NCBI RefSeq assembly: GCF_006345805.1
Contig: NC_043020.1
Span: 2,604,001 to 2,668,000, forward strand
Source: Octopus sinensis
Taxonomy: Eukaryota
Direction of reading: 5' to 3'
DNA length: 64,000 nt
This document shows positions 24,703-37,767 of the stretch, one piece after another (the stretch's first letter is position 1; every line of letters begins with the position of its first letter). The notes beneath the pieces are model-generated. The model was not told the origin of the DNA. It saw only the letters and a list, made by a program, of their open reading frames with translations, and searched no databases. The position numbers and the translations under genes were made by a program.

Positions 24703-25166
24703 TGTATGTATGTATGTATATATGTATGTGTGTGTATGTATGTGTGTATGTATGTATGTATGTATGTATGTATGTATGTATGTATGTATGTGTGTGTGTG
24801 TATGTATGTATGTATGATGTATGTATGTATGTGTGTATGTATGTATGTATGTATGATGTATGTATGTATGTGTGTATGTATGTATGTATGTATGCACGTA
24901 TGTATGTATGTATGTATGTACGTACGTATGTATGTATGTATGTACATATGTATGTATGTATGTATGTATGCATATATGTATGTATGTATGTACGTATGTA
25001 TGTATGTATGTATGCACGTATGTATGTGTGTATGTATGTACGTACATATGTATGTATGTATGTACATATGTATGTATGTATGTATGTATGTATATATGTA
25101 TGTATGTATGTATGTACGTATGTACGTATGTATGTATGTATGTATGTATGTATGTATGAACGTATG
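24672..25166. repeat. Long (TATG)n tetranucleotide microsatellite
   Basis: About 500 bp of TATG with TACG/TGTG/CATA variants; source of several spurious ORFs. Confidence 0.97.
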
Positions 25167-26789
25167 TATATATCTATATCTTTTTGCCTGTGTTTGCCCC
25201 ACCAACAACACTTGACGGCTGGTGTTGATATTTCCTTATGTCCTCATAACTGACCGGTTCAATGAGTGACCGACAAAAGTGTTGTGTGGACACTCCCAGA
25301 CGATGAAGTAGGCTGAGCCCAATACATAGATATAGAGGGAGAAGTCTAGACGTCAAGAGAGCAGCGGTAAGAGTCGAGTGGAGTTCAGTAGAGGTCATCC
25401 GAACGTGAGACATAGCAAAAAGTACTAGTCTTAAAAAAATAGCCACTGGGAGCAGAAAAATAGGGATCAGATGGTTCCCTGGCATGGCCCTGGTCAAATG
25501 AGTAAAACAAGTAAAAGACAGAAAATAAAAGTTACATACAAAATTTTAACGAAATTGTGAGTCAGCATCTCACTCAATAAGATGACTAGAAATCGCAGAT
25601 GTTAATCAATGACTAATACAGTATTTTTCCTATACTACATAATAATTTCTTGCTAACCTTTTTCTCTTATGTTACTTGCATTCAATATTCTTTACTAACT
25701 TTACTGTATCCTTATTATAACGATGCTTATGTAAGCCTGTGAAGGTTCATGGCTCACTGGTTAGAGAGTCTGATTCACAATCATGAGGTAGTGACTTTGA
25801 TTCTTGGACCAGGCTGCGTGTTGTGTTCTTGAGCAAGACACTTTATTTCTCGTTACTCAAATGTAGAAATGTGTTGCGACATCACTGGTGCCAAGCTGTA
25901 TCGGCAATTCCCTTGGATAACATCAGTGGCATGGAGAGTGGAGGCTGGTCAGCATGGGCAACTGCTGGTCTTCCATAAACAACCTTGACCAGTCTTGTGC
26001 TTCAAAGGGGAACTTTCTCAGTGCATCCCATGGTCATTCATGGCTGAAGAGGGTCTTTTTAGTTAAATTGGTCCATTTTCCATGCTGGCATGGCCTGGAT
26101 GATCTGAGAAGAACTGACAAGCCAGAAGATTGCACCAAACTCCACTGTCTACTTTAGGTTTGTTTCTACAGTTGGACACCCTTGCTTAAAATGCCAACCA
26201 CTTTACAAAGTGTACTGGGTGATTTGTACATGGTGTCAGGGAGGTCACCGAGTACTTGCAAGACAAAACATGTCAACTAAGAGCACCAGTATCAATGTAT
26301 GTCACCAGGTCTCGATGTTCAACAAAGGAGCTCTTAAATAGCCTCTTGACTTGCTGGAAATAACCACTAAATTCCTCTCATATCACACCCTATACATGCA
26401 GTCATGGTTGTGTGGTAAGAAATTGGCTTCTGAACCACATTGTTTTAGGTTCAATCCCAGTATGTGACACCTTGGGCAAGTGTCTGCTCCTTTAGCCTTA
26501 GGCTGATCAATGCCTTGTGAGTGGATTTGGTAGGCAGAAACTGAAAGAATCCTATCATATATGTATGTGAATAAATACCAGGCTTTAAAGAAAATAAGCA
26601 TTGGGGTTGATGTGTTCAACTAAAATTCTTCAAAGTGATGCCCCAGCATGGCCACAGTCTAATGACTGAAACAAGTAAAAGAAAATAAGATACCATTTGA
26701 TGTACAAAAAGAGGACATGTTCAAGACTAGAATGTTCTTCATCAATCAAATTTCTGTTTGATCAGCACTGACTTATATATATATATATA

Positions 26790-26820
<31 letters not shown>

Positions 26821-27655
26821 CAAGCCAATGGGGATTCAGTTCCTACTGGGTGGAACTTTGGTCAAGTGTCTTCCACTCTGGCCCCAAGTCAATCAATCAA
26901 TGAATTTCATGATAGATCTGTTTGATCAAGGTTGATATAAACAACATGGAACAGTGCCAAAACCCATATGTTTCATTTGTGCCACCTTGGGCAAGAATCT
27001 TCTTCAATAACCTCAGGCCAACCAAAGCCTTGTGAGTGGATTTGGTAGATGAAAACTGAAAGAAGCCCATTGTGTGTGTGTGTGTGTGTGTGTGTATGTA
27101 AGTATGTATATACTCTTTTATTCTTTTATCAGTTTCAGCTCAAAGCTGCAGCCATGCTGGGGCACCTGTGTGTGTGTGTGTGTGTCTTTGTGTGTCTGTG
27201 TTTGTCCCCCAACCATCACTTGATAACATAACTGATGCTGGTGTGTTTCTGTCCCCATAACTTAGCAGTTCTCCCAAAAAGACCGATAGAATAAGTATGA
27301 GGCTTACAAAGAATAAGTCCAGGGCCGATTTCTTTGACTAAAAACCTCTTTAAGGCAGTGCTCCAGCATGGCCGCAATCAAATGACTGAAACAAATAAAA
27401 GAATACACACACACACACACACACACTTTTCTCTCTTTTACTCTTTTACTTGTTTCAGTCATTTGGCTGTGGCCATGCTGGAGCACCGCCTTTAGTCGAG
27501 CAAATCGACCCCAAGACTTATTCTTTGTAAGCTTAATACTTATTTTACCAGTCTCTTTTGCTGAACCACTAAGTTACAGGGACGTAAACACACCAGCATC
27601 GGTTGTCAAGCGATGTTAGGAGGACAAACACAGACACACAAACATACACACACAC

Positions 27656-27702
<47 letters not shown>

Positions 27703-29573
27703 CGTATGCATGTATATATATATACATGCATACGACGGGCTTCTTTCAGTTTTCGTCTACTAAATCCACTCACAAGGCTTTGGTCAGCCTTCTATATTAG
27801 AAGACACTTGCCCAAGATGCCACGCAGTGGGACTGAACCCGGAACCATGTGGTTGGTAAGCAAGCTACTTACCACACAGCCACTCCTATGCCTATTGTGT
27901 CTTTAATTCCATGAAAAGAATGACAAACTGTTATTCTGAAACTGAGGACATGTTGAACTGAACAGAATGTTACAAGATGTGTTTGTGTAATGTCTTTTTG
28001 AGTCCACAGTAAAACCACCACAGGTATCGTTACATAACACCTGTAATTTTATCTTCGGGGAATTTCATTGCAACATGATTAAATTGCAGCCAATACATTG
28101 TCAATAAATCCCTTCACATGTCAAAGGAGCAGACACTTGCCCAAGGTGTCACACACTGGGATTGAACCTAAACAATGTGGTTCAGAAGCCAACTTCTTAC
28201 CACACAACCATGACTGCATGTATAGGGTGTGACATAAGAGGAATTTAGTGGTTATTTCCAGCAAGTCAAGAGACTATTTAAGAGCTCCTTGTTTCAAGAG
28301 TTTATGTTGCATGGTATTTGATATACCTGTATTTGTCTATGAATTTATATATATATATATTATATATATATATACACACACACCACACACACATAATATA
28401 TATATATATAGATATATATATATATTAATATATAATATATAATATATATATATATATAATATATGCCTTGCTTGCTAGCCAGTGGGGTGGCGGTCATTGA
28501 AGGCTAAGACAATGTGAAGCGCATTGTGACCAGCGATGTGTAACAACATCTGATAGCCTGGTCGGTCACGGTGATCACGGTGATATATATATATATATAT
28601 AGTCAGATTATGTGCAATCAACAATACCCTTCCTCTTTAGGTGTGTGGACATCTATACACATCCACACACACATGCACACACACACACATTAAGCTAATT
28701 CATATTATATACATGCAAATGTGTGTGTGTGTGAATGTATGGGGGAGTAGATATACACACATGCTCATACGTATGTATAGATAGTCAGACAGACAGACAG
28801 ACAAAAACACAGATAAATAGATAGGTCGATAGATAAATAGACAGGTAGACAGATAGAGAGAGAGACAAGGACAAAGAGATAAATAGATTAAAAGATAGAG
28901 AGAGTTAGGCAAGGAGACAGACAGACAACCAGACATGTCGGTTTGATAGACGGACAGACAGACAAAGAGACAGAGAGATGGATAGATAGATGCAGGCTTA
29001 CTATAATTTCTTCAAATTTTAGGCTGTACAGGTGTTCCTAAAGAATAGAGATGGTAATTAACTACTGCACCAAAAATAACGATTTCTTCAGGTGAATTTG
29101 TTTTAAGCATCATAGATTACTATTCTGCAAAATAAAATAAAAAATCTTCATGGAGTCATATGTATAATTTTTTTGCCCATTTCCCCTTTCTGTAATTTTT
29201 CAGCTTTGCCGATTTTCATAAATTTTTTCAGGTTAGTCTGAATCATAATCTAAGATATTTAAAATGTGTTCTATAGAAGCATTTATATCTTTTATCTTTT
29301 ACTTGTTTCAGTCATTAGACCATGGCCATGCTGGGGCATGATACTTTGAATCAACCCCAGGACTTATTCTTTGTAAGCCTAGTACTTATTCTATCAGGTT
29401 CTTTTGTTGAACTGCTAAGTTTGGTTGTCAAATGATGCTGGGGTCAAACACAGACACACAAATACATACAAATGCATGTCTGTATATATGTATATATATA
29501 TGATGGGCTTCTTTCAGTTTCCATCTACTGAATCCATTCACATGGCTTTGGTCAACCCAAGGCTATAGTAGAA

Positions 29574-29869
29574 GACAGAGAAATAGTTTGATGAAATTTT
29601 ATTTAACAATAAGAAAATTTTAATATCACAACACATTGTTTCGTAACTTCACAACATGTAAATAATTATTATATTTAATAATAAAGAAATTACTTGCATT
29701 ATTTTGAAGGACTTTTTGCTTTTTGCATTAATGCAGACACATAAATAGTTTATTTATTATTGAGTATAATAATATAAATTATTTACGTGTTTTAAGTTAC
29801 GAAACAATTTGTCCTGATATTAGAATTTTCTTTTTGTTCAATAAAATTTTATCAAACTATTTCTCTGTC
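29574..29869. mobile_element. AT-rich foldback MITE with about 115-120 bp inverted arms
   Basis: 29574-29628 and 29815-29869 are inverted repeats (4 mismatches in 55 bp), and similarity continues inward to about 29688/29750. It interrupts a SINE. Confidence 0.8.
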
Positions 29870-30414
29870 ATTTGGTACTAACCAAAATGTACTCTGTACT
29901 CTTGCAGAATGCAATAGTTTATTATGCCTGACCTAGAGTAACAAGATTAGACACTTGACACACACACACACACACAGAGTGGGGGAAGAGAGAGAGAGAG
30001 AGAGCTGTACTTTTGAACCTTTGTCTCTAAATTACAGTAAAGATATGTCACAAAGTTGTCAAAGTTCAGAACAATATTCTATCTGCAAACGCTTCACATC
30101 GGTGTATATTAAACAAACTTAAATGTTAACCAAACATTTATTTCTCACACCAACAACGGAGCTCAATCAAATAGATTCTTCTGCACGGTTAACGCAACGT
30201 TTTAATTGATTAAGTGAGAATATTTATAGCGTGTTATGTAATTTTTATGAAGGCGGCAGGTTAGGGCAACTCTTAAAAAAAGGTTGAACAAACCACTGCA
30301 GTGGTTGTTCGGTTAACAAAACAACTCTTTTCAAATAAGAATGACTCAACTTTTTGACCAACCCATTTCGTTTCTTTACTCATTCTTAACACATCAATGA
30401 CATTTTTGCGTCAG

Positions 30415-30725
30415 TTGTTGTTGTTGTTGTTGTTATTGTTCCTCTTTTTCGTCTTCTTCTCCCTTACCGTTGTTCTTCTTCTTCTCCTCCTCCTCCTCCT
30501 CCTCCTCCTCCTTCTTTTTCTTCTTTTTCTTTTTCTTCTTCGTTTTCTTCTTCTTTTTCTTCTTTTTCTTCTTCTTCTTCTTTTCTTCTTTTCCTTTCTT
30601 CCATTCTTCTTCTTCTTCTTTTCTTCTTCTCTTTTTTCTTCCTTTTTCTTCTTCTTTTCTTCTTCTTTTCTTCTTCTTCTTTTCTTCTTCTTCTTCTTTT
30701 TCTTTTCTTTTTCTTCTTCTTTTCT

Positions 30726-30760
<35 letters not shown>

Positions 30761-30800
30761 CTTCTTCACTGTTGATGTTGTTGTTGTTGCTGTTATTATT
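30415..30800. repeat. Compound (TTG)n/(CTC)n/(TTC)n pyrimidine-rich microsatellite
   Basis: Directly visible. Confidence 0.95.
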
Positions 30801-31310
30801 GTTTGACTCTAAGTCAACTCAGGTCAGACAGACCTGTGATCCACAGCACTCCACTCACGACCTTCTCATCTTTCGGTGTAGTTCTTTTCTTTTTCCACCA
30901 GGCATAGTGTATCTGGGACTACATTATTCAGTGTATTTTCCCTTCTTTTATTTCTTTCAAGTTGTTAGAGTATGATGCAAGGGAAATTTCTAGGTGGAGT
31001 CCATATCCTGTCACACATCCTGCAAGAAGTAGCAACCAAATCTCCCTCAAATTAGAGCTCACCATTTTAGATAAGGACACATTGGATTATATAGGCCCTA
31101 AGTTCCTTCCACATAAGAAAAAACATGTTGGTCACAATTGGAAGGCTTTGATTATCATAAATTTACTTGATCAAGGCTTACCCATATTATTTTAAATTTA
31201 TATATATATATATATATATATATCATCATCATCATAGTTTAACGTCCGCTTTCCATGCTAGCATGGGTTGGATGGAAAGTGGACGTTAAACGATGATGAG
31301 GATGATGATG

Positions 31311-31343
<33 letters not shown>

Positions 31344-31345
<2 letters not shown>

Positions 31346-31536
31346 CCAATACATATATGATATATATATATATTCATATATGCCAATACATATATATATT
31401 ATATATATTATATATAGATATAATATATATATGCCAATACATATATGATATATATATATATTCATATATGCCAATACATATATATATATATATATGCCAA
31501 TACATATATGATATATATATATATATATGCCAATAC
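31344..31536. repeat. Compound minisatellite: TGCCAATAC cores separated by variable (AT)n spacers
   Basis: Cores at 31344, 31381, 31432, 31469, 31495 and 31528. Confidence 0.9.
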
Positions 31537-32326
31537 ATGCGTGTATGTGCGTGTGAGTGTGTGTGTGTGTGTATACATGATGGGCTTCCACAAAGTTTCC
31601 AGCTACCAAATTTAGTGACAAGGCATCGGTCAGGCAGGGGCTATAGCAGAACACACTTGCCCAAAGTGCCATGCAGTGGGACTGAACCTAAATTCCTGTG
31701 GTTGCAAAACAAACCTTTTAACGCCAAGGCAATACCTGCAGAAATGTTCAAAAAAATTTAGCACAATTTATTACATGTACGACAAGCATCTCCACTTTAC
31801 CGAAATGTTACATTCCTGAAAGTCTTGCTGTAATGTGAAACCTGTTTTCCATTGAATTCCATTTTATGGAAATCGGTAGGAAATAATGTTTCACATTACA
31901 CAATTCTATATGACAGCAACATTTTCAGGAATCCGAGGTCCCTATAAATTTGAAGACATCTCTGTTAGTTAGAGGTTTGGTTAGGGTTTGCATTAGGGGT
32001 TAGATTTTACAGTTAGAGTTAGCTTTTATATTTTGAGGCTAAGGGTTCAGAGATATTGAGGTCACAGTCATAAAACAACATATGTATATATATATTATAT
32101 ATATATTATATTATATATATATATATATCGCTTGAGGGTCATTTGACTGCAGCCATGCTGGAGCACTGCCTTTAGTCAAAGAAATTGACCCCAGGACTTA
32201 TTCTTTGTAAGCCTTGTACTTATTCTATTGGTCTCTTTTGCCGAACCACTAAGTTACAGGGATGTAAACTCACCAGCATCAGTTATCAAGTGATGTTGGG
32301 GGACAAACACAGACACACAAACATAT

Positions 32327-32359
<33 letters not shown>

Positions 32360-33720
32360 CACACACATATATACGATGGGCTTCTTACAGTTTCCGTCTA
32401 CCAAATCCACTCACAAGGCTTTGGTCGGCTCGAAGCTATAGTAGAAGACACTTGCCCAAGGTGCCACGCAGTGGGACTGAACCCGGAACCATGTGGTTGG
32501 TCAGCAAGCTACTTACCACACAGCCACTCCTGCGCCTTACTGTGTATAAAAAGTAAGTTAGCAGCACAACTGAACATAAGGCAAGAAACCATGAGAGTGA
32601 GAATATCCTACATGATTACAGTTATAAAAACATGTAAAAGAAGAAAAACATGGAGCAAGTTGCATTTTATAAAATGCAAGCTTCATTTGAAGACAAACCA
32701 AGGCACAGTAACAAAACCTTTAACCCTTTAGCATTTAGATTGAGACCTACTGAGTCAAGTACATCAACATCAAAATAAAAATCAAATGGAAATTGTAGTT
32801 GTGATCCCTGTGCCGGTGGCACATAAAAAGCACCATCCAAACGTGGTCGATGCCAGTGCCGCTTTGACTGGCTTCCGTGCTGGTGGCATGTAAAAAGCAC
32901 CAACCGATCGTGGTCGTTGCCAGCCTCCCCTGGCACCTGTTTTGGTGGCACGTAAAAAGCACGCACTACACTCATGTAGTGGTTGGCGTTAGGAAGGCCA
33001 TCTAGTTGTAGAAACACTGCCAGATCAGACTGGAGTCTGGTGCAGCCTCCTGGCTTCCCAGACCCCGGTCGAACCGTCCAACCCATGCTAGCATAGAAAA
33101 TGGATGTTAAGCGATGATGATGATGATGATGATGATGATTGCAGGCATTGCTGTGTGGTAAAAAGTTTGCTATCCAACCACATGGTTTCAGGTTCAGTCC
33201 CACTGTGTGGCACCTTAGGCAAGTGTCTTCTTCTATCGTCCCCAGGCTGACTAAAACCTTGTGAGTGAATTTGGTAGAGGAAAACGTGTGCGTGTGTGTA
33301 TGCTACTGTTGCCTTGCTCTGACATCACATGAGAGTTGTACACGAGTGTCACCAACATATAAGTGGTGTCCTTCATTTCCAATATTTTGTGCAAACATGT
33401 CTGGTGATGGACAAGCATTTACCTTCCTTGGAAACAGGCAAGAGTTGGTGGTAGGGAGAGCATCCAGCCATAGAAAATTTGCCTCAGCAAATTCCGTCCA
33501 AGCATGGAAAAATGGACATTAGAATTATGTTGACGTCCCTCCCTTTTGAATACTGCAGAGTGTAATTTAAAGGAGATTTGGCAGCTATTTTGTAGCTTTT
33601 TGAGCAAACCCTTTGATATCCATTCAGCTAAAGAAAATATTTAAGATCCAATTTAAACAATGGAATATAAATAGAAAGATTACAATGGTGTGTGTCAGTG
33701 TGTCTATGTGTGTATATATG

Positions 33721-33759
<39 letters not shown>

Positions 33760-34650
33760 TTCTTTGTTCACCATAAGGTTGAGAAAAAGAGGGGACGATA
33801 TGGAGATGGACAAAACAAATGTTGGGGGTCAGGGTATCGAATGAAACGAAACGTATGAATAAACAAACAATTAAAATATATACAATTAAATGAGAATGAG
33901 TGATTAACAACAGATGAAGCGGAGGACGCAGTCGACCCACAAAACCACATACTCACACTGAAGACTTTGCTTTCTCCTTTGAGCTGAAACAAGCATGAGT
34001 ATGTGGAAACGTCTATGCAAGTATTTTTTCTTTTTTAAACAAAAATGAGGACCCTTCCTAAATTGCATGGCCACATTCAGTTTGACAACTGACAAGGCTG
34101 CATTGAAAGGAGAAACATTATATTACTAATTTCATTATTTTATAACTTATAATTAGTCATAAAAACTAACGAAATAGGTGTGGGAGTAGATGGAAAAGAA
34201 AAGTAGCCCATCGTGTGTGTGTCTGTGTGTCCTCCACCCACGCTTGGCAACCAGTGTTGGCGTATTTATATCCTTGTAACTTAGCAGTTTGGCAAAAGAG
34301 AACTAATAGAGTAAGAATCAGGATTAAAAACAAAACAAGTATGGGGGGTGGGGGTCGATTCATTCAACTAAAAAATACTCTTCGAGGCAGTGCTCCAGAA
34401 TGACCACAGCCAATGACTGAAACAAATATAGGATAAAAATTAGTTGAAAAAATAGGTTTTAATTCTAAATTATATCAAAAATATATTCGAATCGTTCTGA
34501 GTTCAAATTCCACTGAGGTCGACTTTGCCTTTCATTCTTTTTTCAGGGTCGATAAATTAAGTACCAGTTGTGTACTGAGGTTGATCTAATCGACTGGCTC
34601 CCTCCCCAAAAATTTCGGGCCTTGTGCCTCGAGTAGAAAAGAAAAATATA

Positions 34651-35091
34651 GGATCTTTTCGGTTTGAACAGCAGTTTTCTCTAGCGGTGTCATATGAAAT
34701 AGTCACCCATAATTATGACCCTAGTATCGATCTATTGCATTTCAATCTGTTTTAGGGTTAGTTAGGGTTAGTTAGGGTTGGTTAGGGTTAGGGTTAGGGG
34801 TGGGGAGAAGGGTATATTTTTTTCTTCACAAATGTAAATAAACCCAATCTGTTTCTTAAACGAGGTACATATTCATACGGCACAGAATGTTTTCACCTCA
34901 ATAGACGTCATTGATTGGTTGAAATTGCAGAAATTGAAGAAAAGAAACAACCTTACAAACTATAGAATTTTCTCAATAAAGCCAAGAGAAAAAGATGTTT
35001 TATAAACACATTCTACCAGTATACGAAGTTTAAAAGTGTTTAGTTACGTGGAAATTATTTTAAAAAACTGCCGTTCAAACCGAAAAGATCC
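34651..35091. mobile_element. Second full copy of the same MITE (opposite orientation) with an expanded TTAGGG-like tract
   Basis: Same TIRs and internal sequence reverse-complementary to 9860-10269. Partial copies at about 13955-14151 and 18305-18390. Confidence 0.85.
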
Positions 35092-35301
35092 GAAATATAT
35101 TCCATTATATAACAGTATATGTTGCAGTTCTTTTAGATGGTCACATTTAATGCTTCAGAAAAAAACATGCAGGTCCTCGTCGTCTGTAATAATGCTGTTA
35201 TAATCAACTCAGTGACGTTAAGAGGAAGAAGAAGAAGAAATAGAAGAAACATTCTTTCTGAAGAACCAAATGACAGCTCGAACAATGAACGAAGTGAAGA
35301 T

Positions 35302-35451
35302 GATGGTGGTGGTGGCGGAGGCGATGGTGGTGGTGGCGGAGGCGATGGTGGTGGTGGCGGAGGCGATGGTGGTGGTGGCGGAGGCGATGGTGGTGGTGGC
35401 GGAGGCGATGGTGGTGGTGGCGGAGGCGATGGTGGTGGTGGTGGTGGTGGG
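35302..35451. repeat. 21-bp minisatellite (GATGGTGGTGGTGGCGGAGGC)x6 plus a partial copy
   Basis: Six perfect copies from 35302 to 35427. Confidence 0.95.
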
Positions 35452-35719
35452 AAATTAAACGTCAAGCTAAAAGTTTCATCGATTTCATGTCTTCAGCTGC
35501 ACGTCTGTCTGACTGCCTGACTGTTTGCTTGTCTGTCTGTCTGTCTGCCTCTTTCCGTGTTGTGTCTCTCTCTTTATATTTCTCTGTCTGTCTGGTAACT
35601 GTAGGTGTGTGTGTGTGTGTGTGTCTTTATGTGCAGGTGTGTGTCTATGTACATTTGCGTGTATCTGACTGTCTGTATGTCTTTGCTGCGTGTTTCTGAA
35701 TATCTGGTGTGTGTGCGTG

Positions 35720-35750
<31 letters not shown>

Positions 35751-36095
35751 GTTTATATTTCTTTATTGCCCACAAGGGGCTAAACATAGAGGGGGACAAA
35801 CAAAGACAGACAAATGGATTAAGTCGATTACATCGACTCCAGTACGTAACTAGTACTTTATTTATCGACCCCCGAAACGATGAAAGGCAAAGTCGACCTC
35901 GACGGAATATATATATATATATATGTATATATTTCGTTTTGGGATTTGGTTTGCAAGATTCTTTATATGAGTTTGTGTGTTGAAGCATATTCTGTTGTGT
36001 CTGGGGAGAGTCATTTTCATTGTGTGCCTTATTTTTACCGGTGAGTGTGTATATTATAAGGCTCAAAAAGAAAATTACTCTCCCCAGACACAACA

Positions 36096-36166
<71 letters not shown>

Positions 36167-37349
36167 GGAGTAAACACATAAATGTGAAACAAGGTGGAAA
36201 AAAGAGTACTCAAATACCAGAGGTAGAGTAATATGCTTTATTTAAAAAACAGCTTTTGTTATATTTCTGCTGCTTTTAAATAAAGTGTGTGTGTGTGTGG
36301 TGTGTCTGAGTATATGCGTGTGAACGTGCGTGGTCCTTTGCGTGTGTATGTGTGAATGTTTATGCCTCTGTGTGTGTGTGTGTGCGCGCACGTGTTTTAT
36401 GTCTGCGCGTTTTGGTGTCTCTGCGCGTGCGCGCCTGTGGGGGTGGGGCTGTTGGAAGTCTGAGAGTCGGTGTCTGGATGTGTGCATGACTCCATCTTCC
36501 CATATCCGTGTATCTATGCATGATCTTTGTCTATATGTGTGTGTGTCTACACATCAGAGTATGGGTTTACGAGTGCATGTGTGTGTGTGTCCGTCTGTCT
36601 GTCTGAGAATGTCTGTCGATGTCTTTTGTACGTCTTGACGCACGGTTCTCTCCTCACCGCACGTCTGTGTCAGTGCACATGTCACCATGTATCCATCATC
36701 TGTGTGTGTCCCTGTTTCCATGTGTGTGCGTGTGTCTGCTATGGAGACAGGAGACTGAGGCTGGTGACAGTTTTTTCCTTTTTTCACGGGGAATGCCATT
36801 GTCTGTTGACAACAATAGTTGTGTGTGTGTCTGTGTGTCACAGACAGACGGAAAGAAAGACGAGATGAAAGTTGGACGTTGACGAGGAGAGACAACTGGA
36901 AAAACGTTTATTCAACTGGATTATAAATGTACTTTAATTTCTTATTTAGTAACATCAAAAACAAATAAGGATTACGATGATGATAATGATAATAGTAACA
37001 ATAATTAGGATGATGATAAAATTCCTTTAATAATTGTAATAATTGCAATAACAATTCTTTCTAATTTTGGCACGAGGGCCACAATAGAACACATTTAGAA
37101 CAATAGCAGAGACAAAGGACTCTGGAGGTTTACATAAACACGTGTAAAATAATTCTTTCTGATTTTAGCGCAAAGTCAGCAGTTTTGGGGAGAGAGAGAC
37201 AGGTCGATTACATCAACTTAATTGACACATATTTTCATTAACTCCCAAAGGATGAAAGCAAAGTCGACCTCCGTGGAATTTGAACTCAGAATGCAAAGGC
37301 AGAAGAAATGCTACATTTTGTCTGATGTACTAACAATTCTACCAGCTTG

Positions 37350-37388
<39 letters not shown>

Positions 37389-37767
37389 TGATGATGATGA
37401 TGATAATAATAATAATAATTTCACTTGCTGAAGGCAGCCACACAGTGGAACTGAACCCAGAACCATGTGGTTGGGAAGCAAGCTTCTTACCACACAGCCA
37501 TGCCCACGCCTATATTTCATTTAATTAAGTAAATTTCATATTTGTTTAATTTAGAGTGTGTTGATTAAGGTGACCATCCCTGCTTTGGAAAGATTAGAAA
37601 TCCAGAAAAGTCAATGTTTAACCTGTAAAAATAATAATGTTGATGATGATGATGCCAATAATGATAATGATGATGATGACAACGATGATGACGATGATGA
37701 TGATGACGATGACGATAACAATGACGATGATATCCATGATGATGACACCAACAATGATGATGATGAT

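Noticed and set aside
31344-31536. CRISPR-like repeat-spacer appearance
   Set aside because: The core is only 9 bp, spacers are (AT)n-derived and repeated, the context is eukaryotic, and there are no cas genes.
33945-34006. 11-bp inverted repeat as a pre-miRNA
   Set aside because: The 40-nt interior pairs poorly, so the stem is too short.
34752-34805. True telomere or chromosome-fusion scar
   Set aside because: The tract is short, degenerate and internal to a MITE with intact TIRs.
35137-35520. 127-aa sense ORF with RGRRRR and (DGGGGGG)n in COTL1 intron 1
   Set aside because: It stays open because of a GAA run and a 21-bp minisatellite; no convincing donor and no recognisable homology.
36250-36900. 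Overlapping Cys/Val-rich ORFs on both strands
   Set aside because: Degenerate (GT)n-derived low-complexity sequence.
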